From an uncultured Eubacteriales bacterium (GTDB taxonomy: Bacteria > Bacillota > Clostridia > Oscillospirales > CAG-272), in the NCBI GenBank assembly GCA_934462825.1, contig CAKSIP010000010.1:1-39807 (forward strand): a stretch of DNA of 39,807 nt. Direction: 5' to 3'. This document shows, piece after piece, positions 8,201 to 16,150 of the stretch. The position numbers and the translations under genes were made by a program. The first letter of the stretch is position 1. The number at the start of each line of letters is the position of its first letter. Below the pieces are notes generated by a model. That model saw only the letters and a program-made list of their open reading frames with translations, made no database searches and was not told the DNA's origin.

Positions 8201-8541
8201 GCCCGCGGATGCAGTATAAAATTTATACAATTAAATCGTTTGCCACATCCGAAGCAGATCTGACGTCGTATAAAACGCGCTCCGACAGTTCTCTTTGCGC
8301 CATCGGGCGCGCCACCGAGTTGGCCTACCCGCTGATGGCCGCTTTGGATATAAAGAAATATTATAAAGCGGATCGGTACATCCGTGTGATCTCAACCGTG
8401 GTCGGCGCCCTTGTGGCTGTGTCGTTTGCTCTGTTCGGACTGTTGGATCAGTTCAACGCTGTGCAGATGGCCATTTATCAAGCGGCATGGACGCTGCCGA
8501 CGCTCGCCTACTCGTTCCTGAAATTCAGCAAGCATAGGTGA
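5230..8541 (+). CDS. large membrane protein with a ~560-aa acidic disordered N-terminus and a degenerate P-type (P1B-like) ATPase-derived C-terminal core
   Basis: The RBS AAGGAGG precedes the ATG. Residues ~30-560 are D/E/S/P-rich. Several TM helices follow. A soluble region then aligns to the P-type ATPase P/N domain with the catalytic motifs altered: FVTFDEEDLF stands in place of the DKTGT motif, and ILYIAIDGELAARYYLQYRP...GIAVGIRTKNP in place of the ...VAVDGKLAG..ADP...GIKVVMLTGDN segment. No GDGxND motif was found. Confidence 0.55.
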   Translation: MAEQGQDRKNGSGEHQPQDIAEILRLLRESVDVNASSASKKRAEESEKNEKRDENEKENPRHADEENDFAEDEASDKEDNAGDETAAMGTGTEDLDLEDDVPWYAEDPTEIPLSETSGEVSIPTEPSTEDAPLKKTGLSASDPEEREAEDADDIDLEDEEPWYTDAAEAEDSSEGTFASEEALADTPNDETVDAYDVSDEADHEEKPTVGSEENAPALREEADTEDRTNASFRYYSLDDALSLEESARKDHSAEQNPIRENSPQRNAPQESPSDEASASDVSKTAKSRYTFCDLNDLGRATASEGTDSCINSEITPDYDLNRREDVSAAKESTAEPAEEPMADSVEEPLEDATEDSMEEPFEEETEDAVRYATEPSAKESEDFSAEKSAEEALPQEAEPQAALEANEASLDEEPNTEAWKTDSAEPTETTVAAETAEEKINWKQYFENEAMAHAAKASDAARKTEEAPAPSLEETELFEQESETDAEASPVIDETDRLLLKNLGYRKERLTSATKNGSDTKTKKKRENDYSDDVGYDYGGGEFVYTNQKNEIRSGYQREKKHIRVRWAITGVATLLLLIYEILTFSGVALPGLFNPYDYPVSHCMISLQLLVICLGASVKPLAVGFSDLCCLRATPYSVSAVVLLSNIVYTVILVATAPNEFLLYNFMGGLSVFAAVTYEYFSLLREEKTFSVLSTEGARQYAFLPDEAGTETLGEPAPALRAYMTDFHENYFERNAKRPADSRYLSPLLLVVSCFSVVAFAMALLFTRDVAKSAAVFVTLIDFALPVGVTVAYSFPLFWAARRGLGDKGAVIGQGAMDEYEGTRFVTFDEEDLFPSLKTTHIDLKPAGNRRLSEVLAKTSLMFSAIGGPLARMVEAAGVKPEGAPAEIHGVFDNGISAFVDGSEMLAGSARFLELHGVELLTSEDERDVSEDNEILYIAIDGELAARYYLQYRPAPDFVKAVNLLGNRGIAVGIRTKNPAINSDIVARRCPRMQYKIYTIKSFATSEADLTSYKTRSDSSLCAIGRATELAYPLMAALDIKKYYKADRYIRVISTVVGALVAVSFALFGLLDQFNAVQMAIYQAAWTLPTLAYSFLKFSKHR

Positions 8542-8633
8542 TGCATCTCCGCTTTTGCATACGCTAAACTATTGGGCCGCTTCGACCGTTCCGGTCGCGG
8601 GCAAGGCCATGATCTTTAGGAGAAAAAACAAGC

Positions 8634-10502
8634 ATGAATGAAACAATGAGCAGTATTCTCAAATCGGTTTCCAAACCCGGCCGCTATTCGGGAGGAGAAT
8701 TTGGGCAGATATTGAAAGATAAAAAAACAGTCAAAGCAAGGTTTGCATTTTGCTTTCCGGATTCCTATGAAATCGGATTGTCCAATCTCGGTATTCAGAT
8801 TTTATATGGCGCTTTAAATCGGGAGCCGGATATTTGGTGCGAGCGCGCCTATACGCCGTGGCCGGATATGCAGGATCAGATGCAGGCCTACGACCTGCCG
8901 CTGACGGCGCATGAAAGCGGAGATCCGCTGGGGATGTTTGATATTGTCGGCTTTACCCTTCAATATGAAATGTGCTATACGAATGTGTTGAATATGCTGG
9001 CCTTGGCCAAAATTCCGTTGCGCGCCTCGGAGCGCGGCGAGGAGGATCCTATCATTATCGGAGGAGGCCCTTGCTCCTATAACCCCGAACCGGTGGCGGA
9101 TTTCTTCGATTGCTTCTCGATCGGAGAAGGCGAGGAATCGTTGGTGGAATTTACAAAGCTTTACATTCGCATGAAGGCCGAGGGAACCTATACAAGAAAG
9201 GCGTTTCTCCATGCGGCGGCCCGCCTCGGACAGGGGATTTATGTGCCTTCTTTGTACGACGTTACCTATCACGAGGACGGCACGGTAAAGGCATATCAGC
9301 CGATTTATGAAGATGTCCCGCCCCGTGTGACGAAAGCCATTATGAAAGATATGGATAAGGCGTTTTATCCCGAAAAGGTTGTGGTGCCGAATATTGAGGC
9401 CGTGCAGGAGCGAATTATGCTGGAGGTCTATCGCGGCTGTATTCGCGGGTGCCGATTCTGTCAGGCCGGCATGATTTATCGCCCGGTGCGGGAAAAAACG
9501 CCGGAGGTGCTTTGCCGGCAGGCGAAATGCCTTTATGAGTCAACGGGATACGATGAAATCTCTCTTTCCTCACTTTCCATCAGCGATTATTCCCGATTGC
9601 CGGAGCTGACGGATTCACTCATCGGATGGTCGGATCAAAATATGATTAACCTGTCGCTTCCGTCCCTCCGCGTGGACAGCTTTACGAAGGAACTGATGGA
9701 CAAAGTCAAATCGGTGCGATCCTCTTCCTTGACCTTTGCCCCCGAAGCGGGCACACAACGCTTGCGCGATGTGATCAATAAAAATGTGTTGGAGGAGGAT
9801 TTGCTGCGAGCCGTCAACGTGGCTTTTGACGCAGGGAAAACCTCGGTGAAGCTCTATTTTATGATGGGCCTTCCGACCGAAACCTATGAGGACTTGAACG
9901 GCATTGCCTTGCTGGCCGAAAAAGTGCTCGATGCGTTTTATCAAAACCCCAATCACAGTCGCGGTAAGGCGCCGCAGGTCACAGTGAGTGTTTCCTGCTT
10001 CGTCCCCAAGCCCTTTACCCCGTTTCAATGGGAGCCGCAGGACACCATGGAGGAAATGGAGAAAAAGCAAAAATACCTTGCGTCGAAGATTACCAATCGA
10101 AAAATCAAGTTTATGCACCATGATGCCCGCGTGTCCTTCGTGGAGGCCATTTTGGCCAAAGGCGACCGCCGTATGGGCAAAGCGCTGGAGCTGGCTTGCC
10201 GGGAGGGCTTTCGATTCGATGCCTGGACAGAGTATTTTGATTTTGATAAATGGATGAGCGTTTTTGAACGCAGCGGCATCGACGTGGCGTTTTACGCCAA
10301 TCGTCGCGCGAAAAAAGAGGAAGTGTTCCCCTGGGATGTGATTGATTGCGGGGTGAATAAAGAATTTTTCCTGCGAGAAAATCAAAAAGCCTATGAAGGT
10401 AAAACCACAAAGTGCTGTAAAGAAGCCTGCTCCGCTTGCGGAGCCAATAAATTGGGAGGGGAACGCACATGGTGTCCGAATCTGTCAAACGGATTAAAAT
10501 AA
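8634..10502 (+). CDS. TIGR03960-family B12-binding-domain radical SAM protein
   Basis: The N-terminus (MSSILKSVSKPGRYSGGEF...ARFAFCFPDSYEIGLSNLGIQILY) matches the family. The CxxxCxxC motif YRGCIRGCRFCQAG is present. Confidence 0.85.
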   Translation: MNETMSSILKSVSKPGRYSGGEFGQILKDKKTVKARFAFCFPDSYEIGLSNLGIQILYGALNREPDIWCERAYTPWPDMQDQMQAYDLPLTAHESGDPLGMFDIVGFTLQYEMCYTNVLNMLALAKIPLRASERGEEDPIIIGGGPCSYNPEPVADFFDCFSIGEGEESLVEFTKLYIRMKAEGTYTRKAFLHAAARLGQGIYVPSLYDVTYHEDGTVKAYQPIYEDVPPRVTKAIMKDMDKAFYPEKVVVPNIEAVQERIMLEVYRGCIRGCRFCQAGMIYRPVREKTPEVLCRQAKCLYESTGYDEISLSSLSISDYSRLPELTDSLIGWSDQNMINLSLPSLRVDSFTKELMDKVKSVRSSSLTFAPEAGTQRLRDVINKNVLEEDLLRAVNVAFDAGKTSVKLYFMMGLPTETYEDLNGIALLAEKVLDAFYQNPNHSRGKAPQVTVSVSCFVPKPFTPFQWEPQDTMEEMEKKQKYLASKITNRKIKFMHHDARVSFVEAILAKGDRRMGKALELACREGFRFDAWTEYFDFDKWMSVFERSGIDVAFYANRRAKKEEVFPWDVIDCGVNKEFFLRENQKAYEGKTTKCCKEACSACGANKLGGERTWCPNLSNGLK

Positions 10503-11233
10503 ATCAAAATACGGAAGCGAACTGCTACATCAAATACGCGCTTCCGATGTTGCCGGTGCCGAGAAATATTCGCATTTGTTTTTCCAAAACCGGGAGCCTG
10601 CAATATATTTCGCATTTGGATTTGCAACGCTTGTTCGCTCGCGCGCTGATTCGAGCCGGACTTCCGCTTTGGTACACCCAGGGCTTCAATCCGCATCCCA
10701 AAATGGTGTTTGCTCTCCCGCTCCCGGTGGGTGTGCAGAGCGTTTGCGAATTTCTTGATGTGAAATTTGATAGAGATATGAGCTGTCCGGACGCGCAGGC
10801 CTTGCTGAATGAGGAACTGACGGACGAAATGCGAATTTTGGACGTGTATGAGCCAACCACCAAGTTTTCGGATATTGCCTATGCAAAATATGAAATTCGG
10901 CTTTCTACAGTGGGCGCCGATGCGGCTTTGGCCGAGAAAGCAGAGCGCTTTTTTACGACATCCCCCATTCTTATGACCAAGCGGACGAAATCCGGCGAGA
11001 AATCGTTGGATATTACCGCCTTGATTTCGGCCTTTTCTGCAAAATTTGACGAAAGCACAAGAGAAATTCATATCGAAACGACGTTGTCGGCCGGCAGTGA
11101 ATCGCTCAACCCCGAGCTTTTGATCGCGGCTTTGCGAAAATATGAGATTTTGCCGCCGGCGTCCCTGCTGGAGGAAACGTATTCCATTCTGCGAAAGCAA
11201 GTGCTGTGTGCGGATGGGAGCGTTTTCCGATAA
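10469..11233 (+). CDS. TIGR03936-family (DUF2344) radical-SAM-associated protein
   Basis: The hallmark sequence is RICFSKTGSLQYISHLDLQRLFARALIRAGLPLWYTQGFNPHPKMVFALPLP. The RBS GGGAGGGG sits 8 nt upstream. The gene overlaps the upstream radical SAM gene by 34 nt. An alternative start is the ATG at 10547. Confidence 0.8.
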   Translation: MVSESVKRIKINQNTEANCYIKYALPMLPVPRNIRICFSKTGSLQYISHLDLQRLFARALIRAGLPLWYTQGFNPHPKMVFALPLPVGVQSVCEFLDVKFDRDMSCPDAQALLNEELTDEMRILDVYEPTTKFSDIAYAKYEIRLSTVGADAALAEKAERFFTTSPILMTKRTKSGEKSLDITALISAFSAKFDESTREIHIETTLSAGSESLNPELLIAALRKYEILPPASLLEETYSILRKQVLCADGSVFR

Positions 11234-11297
11234 GAGCGGCGGTGCGGCGAGCGTTCTTGGATAAAAATCAATGCTGAAAAAAGGAGATTTTGAATTG

Positions 11298-12179
11298 ATG
11301 AAAGAAAGTATGGATAGGAAAAGAAAAACGGCGCTGTCTGTCGATGATTTTTCCACAGAACATTTTGATAAACTCAAAGCCTGCGGCATAGAGGCCATTG
11401 AGGTTTCCTGCCGGGATTCCCAATATCCTTTGATTCCGTGGCCCAAGGTTGTGCAGGCAGCCAAAGAGAGGGAAATTGCACTTTGGTCGTTCCACCTGCC
11501 CTTTTCTCCCTTTTGCATGAATGATATTTCCTCTACGGACGCTTTTGTGCGGAAAACGACCATCGACTATATGAAGCTGCTGATCGACCGTGCGGCCGGT
11601 TACGCCGGTATTCGCATCATGGTAATTCATGCCAGCGGCGAACCGATCTCGGATGCGGAACGCCCGAAACGAATGGAGGGAGCCTTGGCAGGCCTTGCCG
11701 AGCTGTGCGATTTTGCGGCGACGTATGGCGCTACGCTGGCTGTGGAAGATTTGCCGAGAACCTGCCTTGGCCGCTCGGCCGAGGAAATGGCCTGTCTGCT
11801 TTCTGCCGATGAAAGATTGCGTATATGCTTTGATACCAATCATTTGCTGGGAGGGCAAAAGCCGCAGGACTTTATTCGCGCCCTTGGCTCTAAAATCGTG
11901 ACGCTCCATGTGTCCGATTATGATGGCCTGGATGAAAAGCATTGGCTGCCCGGGGAAGGCGTGATTGATTGGCCGGCTGTGATGGATGCGTTGGATGACG
12001 TGGGATATACCGGCCCGATTCTTTACGAGGTCGGATACGAAACGCCCAAAACCATTGTTCGCCCACAACCGCTTGTCACGGCGGATTTTGTTCGGAACCA
12101 TGCCGAGCTGGAAGCAAGAGCGGCTCTTACGGTGACAGGGGTTCCGGCAGTGAAAAGTGAAAACGGAAAAATAAAATGA
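11298..12179 (+). CDS. sugar phosphate isomerase/epimerase (xylose-isomerase-like TIM barrel)
   Basis: The motifs ICFDTNHLLGG...TLHVSDYDG...HWLPGEGVIDWPAVMDALDDVGYTGPILYEV support the call. The tracked ORF starts at 11271. The ATG at 11298 downstream of the RBS AAAGGAG is preferred, with low certainty. The stop overlaps the next start as ATGA. Confidence 0.75.
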   Translation: MKESMDRKRKTALSVDDFSTEHFDKLKACGIEAIEVSCRDSQYPLIPWPKVVQAAKEREIALWSFHLPFSPFCMNDISSTDAFVRKTTIDYMKLLIDRAAGYAGIRIMVIHASGEPISDAERPKRMEGALAGLAELCDFAATYGATLAVEDLPRTCLGRSAEEMACLLSADERLRICFDTNHLLGGQKPQDFIRALGSKIVTLHVSDYDGLDEKHWLPGEGVIDWPAVMDALDDVGYTGPILYEVGYETPKTIVRPQPLVTADFVRNHAELEARAALTVTGVPAVKSENGKIK

Positions 12180-15100
12180 AAGAAAGAAAAAACGCCCATA
12201 GAGCCAAAATAGGGCAAGGGCTTTTTCGACTTCTCCTTGTGGGCTTGTGCGTCTTGCTGGCGCTGCCGTCGGGCAGCTTCCGTATTCACGCGGCGGCCCC
12301 GGAGCCGGTGTTGACGCTCCCCAAGGCAGAGAGAAAGCCAAGCTCCGCCCTGACGGCACTTGACTATTCCGCCGTGGGACAGTCGGATCCTGTTCAATGG
12401 AAGCCGTCGGAGCTGATTTCCGCCCTGATCGGGAAGGCCCCCTCGACGCTCGAAGCGGCATGGATTGATGCGAAGCTTCCCGTGGCATTTTCGTATCATG
12501 ACGCGATTCCGAGTCAATCCTTGACGACAGAATTTCGGGATAGTACGCTTTATGTCCGAGCGAAAACGTATGAGTATCAAACGGCCGACGGCGTTAGTAT
12601 GCAATGGATTCCGCAGTACGCCGCCATTTTGGGACGGAAGGTGCCCTTGGAGAAATCGGATGAGGATGGGGATGTTTATATCGGTTCCGTCTTAGGCCTT
12701 GCGGAGGGAGACTTTTCCGGGGAATCTCCGACGGTGGAGCTGGGATATTCCTGTCGGGTGGCGCTTCCGGTCGCCGAGACGGAGATCTATTTGAATTATG
12801 TCTACCGTCAGGGAGAGGAACTTTGCCGGACAAAGGCGGAGTATGAAGAAGCCTTGGCCAAATATACGGCGTACCGCGACTATCTTTCTGCGATGGAGAC
12901 GTATGAAAACGACCTGATTCGTTGGAATCTCTATCAAACGGAAAAGGCAAAGTACGACCGCAAATATGCAGAATATACCGAATATCTTGCAGCTTATGCA
13001 CAGTATCAGGAGCGAAAAGCTGCCCGGGAGGCCTATGAGGCCGCCTTGGCCGCCTATGATAGCAATTTGGCGGCATATAAGCGCTATCTGACCGAAAATG
13101 CGCAATATGAAAAAGACTACCAAGCATACGAAGCCTACCTGATTCGCCTTAACGCAGTGACAAAAAAGCTTGCTGTGATGGAAAGCCTTTTTGTCAAAGG
13201 AAAGAATGAGCACATCATGTATGCCACGCTGAACGGCGACACCGTGAAAACGGTGGTGGAACGGAAATCGGAGCTTGTAACAGTCGGTAAGTGCGACGAG
13301 CGGGACATCAATCATGCCGCGGAAAGCACCGAAATGCTCAAAAAACTGCTTTCGGAATATAAAAATCAGGGAAGCAATGCCCGGAAATTGGAATACTATA
13401 AAGCACATTATGAGGAAATCCGGGACAATTTCATTCTTTTGTACAGTAGCTTGCATTCGTTGTATCAGAATCCCGCCGTGGTCGGCACTTTGAGCAATTA
13501 TGGCAAGCTGGATCGGTTCATGGAGTTTTTGGCGCATCTTTACGTGATCAGTACGGCGCTGGACGATGAGCAGAACCGCTATGAAGGCTGGAAGATCCGC
13601 GGCTTGTATGACATGGAAAAAAAGGAATACCTTTACTACAGCTATACCGATTTGCTGGACGAGGTACAACTCATTCCCGACACCGGTGATGCCGATCCCA
13701 GAGAATCCGGTGCTTGGCCCGATGAAGTGCCTCAGCCGATAAAGCCCATAAAGGTGGAGCCTCCTGTCATGCCCACGTATGTTCCCGAACCGGTGGAGCC
13801 GAAGGAAGTCAGCGAACCGCCAAAGCCGCAACCTGTGGCCGAGCCGCAAAAGCCGACGGTGGTGGAGGATCCCGGCTACGGAGAGCCGGATCCCGTCAGC
13901 TTTACCCCGGAGGAGTTTGCCCTTATCGAAGCCATTTCGGAAAATCGGCTTGCCGAGCGCGAAGTGCCCGACGGCGCTATGATCACGCTGCATACCGCTG
14001 TGACACGCAAAGTGCCGCTTTTGAATCGGCACGTGGTGACTTTTCTGGATTCCGACCGCAAGACCGTTTTTTCGGAGTATGAGGTCGAGGGACGGGGACA
14101 CAGGGTGACTTTCCCCGAAAAAACGCCCGAAAAAACGCCGAGCGCTCAGTATTCTTATCGTTTTTCCGGGTGGATGGATGAAAGCGGAAACCCCGCAACG
14201 GCCACGGAAATTACAGAGCCGAATACGATTTATTATGCTTCGTATGAAACGACCGTGAACCGCTATACGGTGACGTGGCATGTTGGGGATCAATCCGTGA
14301 CGGAAGCCTATGACTACGGGCAAACGCCCCGCTACAAAGGCTCTTTGGTGATCGAGCCGAGCAAAGACACAAGCTATGTTTTCCTCGGATGGTCGGCCAA
14401 TATTGTTCCGGTTACGGGCGATGCGGAATATACGGCGCTGTATAAAGAAAAAGCGCGGGAATATACGGTCACATGGCACTACCGGGATCGCGTTTATAAA
14501 GAAAATTACGCCTATGGGGCGACGCCTTCGTTCCGGTATAGTACGGAACCGGTATCAGATTCGCTTTGGATTTATACGTTCTCCGGGTGGAACCAAGAGC
14601 CGGCACCGGTCACCGCCGATGTATCGTATGAGGCAAAATTTTCGGTTTCTCCCTTTGCGGTCGATGAAAAGGGCGAGGCTGTGCACGTGTCGGAACAGGA
14701 AAGCGCATATGAAATTGTCGCGCCGGGGAATACACTTAAAGTGGGCAACGCCGTGCCAATGGCCGTGACGCGCGGCAAACAGCTGGTTCTTGTTTACAAT
14801 ACTACCCGCATAATTCTGAACGATACGGCATTGGAGCAGGCCTTGGAAGCGGGACTGTGTGAAATTACCGTGCAGAATCCTCCTGCCACGGAGGGCGCTT
14901 GGCACGCCTGCATGGTTGAGTTTTTGGATTGCGAAGGAAAAAAGGTCACCTTGCCCTACGGTGCTGTATTACAATGGGACGCCCAAGACGCGGATAGGGA
15001 ATCGTTGCACACCTATCTTTCCGAAGATTCGGAAAAATCAAACCGAGAGGAAATCGCCTTTGAAATCCGACAAGGATGGATCACCGTGCGCCTGTCGCAT

Positions 15101-15799
15101 TCGTCCGCGGTTTGGCTGTATCGGGAATATAGCGTTCAGGCGGAGCCTTGCGAAAATGCACTGTTACAGCCTTCCGTCCGGCAGGCTTACGCCGGTCAAA
15201 ACGTGCATATCGAGGTGCTTTGCGGCGAGGAATATGAAGTGTCCGCGTACTACGTGAAGGGGTTAGTTAGCGGAAAGACGTTTCCCGTTTCCCCGGACGG
15301 TTGGTTTGTTATGCCGGACGAACCGGTTTCGGTGTCGTCCGTGGTGTCCTTCCGTCGATTTACGGTGTCATTCAAAGTGGGCGATACCGTGATTGCCAGC
15401 GCAGTGTACAACTACGGTGATACAGTGAAGGTGCCGGCTGATCCGATTCGTAAGGGAAGTGACACCATCGTTTATAATTTTGTAGGATGGTCGCCCGAAA
15501 TTACAGTGGTGCGTGCGGATGTTGTTTATGAAGCACAGTTTAAGGAAGCCAAGGCCGGCGAGGCAGGATTGTATCCGAGCCATTCACGCAATCGGTTTTA
15601 TCTGTTGATCGTTGAATGCCTGCTCTTGCTGGGAGCCTTGATTGCCACTCCGATTGTGCTGGTGCATTTCCGCAAAAAGAAAAAAAGCCAAGAAGCAACC
15701 AAAGAAAACGAAAAAGAGGACAAGGAGCCGAAAACGGCGTCGGAAGGCTCCGATGATGCAGCAAAAAACACATCCGAGGATCGGCCGCCGGAGCCGTAA
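12176..15799 (+). CDS. cell-surface protein with a signal peptide, a Tyr-rich coiled-coil region, a Pro-rich linker, four Listeria-Bacteroides (flg_new) repeats and a C-terminal TM anchor
   Basis: The signal peptide is MKERKNAHRAKIGQGLFRLLLVGLCVLLALPSGSFRIHAAA. AYxxY-type heptads run across ~aa 215-320. The linker PQPIKPIKVEPPVMPTYVPEPVEPKEVSEPPKPQPVAEPQKP follows. The repeats read YTVTWHVGDQSVTEAYDYGQTP...YVFLGWS...DAEYTALYKEK. The C-terminal helix LLIVECLLLLGALIATPIVLV is followed by RKKKK. Confidence 0.7.
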   Translation: MKERKNAHRAKIGQGLFRLLLVGLCVLLALPSGSFRIHAAAPEPVLTLPKAERKPSSALTALDYSAVGQSDPVQWKPSELISALIGKAPSTLEAAWIDAKLPVAFSYHDAIPSQSLTTEFRDSTLYVRAKTYEYQTADGVSMQWIPQYAAILGRKVPLEKSDEDGDVYIGSVLGLAEGDFSGESPTVELGYSCRVALPVAETEIYLNYVYRQGEELCRTKAEYEEALAKYTAYRDYLSAMETYENDLIRWNLYQTEKAKYDRKYAEYTEYLAAYAQYQERKAAREAYEAALAAYDSNLAAYKRYLTENAQYEKDYQAYEAYLIRLNAVTKKLAVMESLFVKGKNEHIMYATLNGDTVKTVVERKSELVTVGKCDERDINHAAESTEMLKKLLSEYKNQGSNARKLEYYKAHYEEIRDNFILLYSSLHSLYQNPAVVGTLSNYGKLDRFMEFLAHLYVISTALDDEQNRYEGWKIRGLYDMEKKEYLYYSYTDLLDEVQLIPDTGDADPRESGAWPDEVPQPIKPIKVEPPVMPTYVPEPVEPKEVSEPPKPQPVAEPQKPTVVEDPGYGEPDPVSFTPEEFALIEAISENRLAEREVPDGAMITLHTAVTRKVPLLNRHVVTFLDSDRKTVFSEYEVEGRGHRVTFPEKTPEKTPSAQYSYRFSGWMDESGNPATATEITEPNTIYYASYETTVNRYTVTWHVGDQSVTEAYDYGQTPRYKGSLVIEPSKDTSYVFLGWSANIVPVTGDAEYTALYKEKAREYTVTWHYRDRVYKENYAYGATPSFRYSTEPVSDSLWIYTFSGWNQEPAPVTADVSYEAKFSVSPFAVDEKGEAVHVSEQESAYEIVAPGNTLKVGNAVPMAVTRGKQLVLVYNTTRIILNDTALEQALEAGLCEITVQNPPATEGAWHACMVEFLDCEGKKVTLPYGAVLQWDAQDADRESLHTYLSEDSEKSNREEIAFEIRQGWITVRLSHSSAVWLYREYSVQAEPCENALLQPSVRQAYAGQNVHIEVLCGEEYEVSAYYVKGLVSGKTFPVSPDGWFVMPDEPVSVSSVVSFRRFTVSFKVGDTVIASAVYNYGDTVKVPADPIRKGSDTIVYNFVGWSPEITVVRADVVYEAQFKEAKAGEAGLYPSHSRNRFYLLIVECLLLLGALIATPIVLVHFRKKKKSQEATKENEKEDKEPKTASEGSDDAAKNTSEDRPPEP

Positions 15800-15834
15800 G
15801 CGGGCGGTTGTTTAAGGATGGCGTAACCTCCTAA

Positions 15835-15878
15835 GGGCAGTTCAAAAACTCAGAGCGAGTTTTTTAACTGCCCCTTTT
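15835..15878. terminator. hairpin element B: GGGCAGTTCAAAAACTC-agagc-GAGTTTTTTAACTGCCCC plus T4
   Basis: An imperfect (one mismatch) 17-18-bp inverted repeat with the family core, followed by a T-tract. It sits 3' of the surface-protein gene. Confidence 0.6.
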
Positions 15879-16059
15879 CCATATCGGACAAATTCGGCTG
15901 TTTTTTCTTTCGTCACGCCCTTGTTCGGAGGGCTTTCCCAAAACCCGATCCGCGTCCGGCGGCCGCTTGGAACGGTAGGGGCAATGGTTCGTTTTTGCGG
16001 TTTGCCCTTGTCTCCACGGGCGCCTTGCGCGGACGTTTGCGCGTATTTTCAGAAAAGAA

Positions 16060-16088
16060 TTGCGTTTGGGCGCTTTTTGTGATATAAT
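16060..16088 (+). promoter_or_regulatory. sigma-A-type promoter for dxs (TTGCGT-17-TGaTATAAT)
   Basis: The -35 TTGCGT is at 16060-16065. The extended -10 TGATATAAT ends at 16088. It lies about 60 nt upstream of the dxs ATG. Confidence 0.5.
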
Positions 16089-16150
16089 AATAAAATCATA
16101 GAAAAAGAATTGTCGAATCAAAGAAAAACACGGGAAGTCGGTGAAACGAA

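Noticed and set aside
8560-8600. A possible terminator between the pseudo-ATPase gene and the radical SAM gene (cgaccg-ttc-cggtcg).
   Set aside because: The stem is only 6 bp and no U-tract follows. Read-through or attenuation is more likely than a true terminator.
12692-14479. A 595-aa ORF on the - strand inside the Listeria-Bacteroides-repeat protein gene.
   Set aside because: It is an antisense artefact. The + strand protein has a signal peptide, recognisable flg_new repeats and a C-terminal anchor.
15864-16121. An 85-aa - strand ORF upstream of dxs.
   Set aside because: It is highly basic and low-complexity with no RBS. It overlaps the dxs promoter and hairpin element B. It is kept only as a possible non-coding region under findings.
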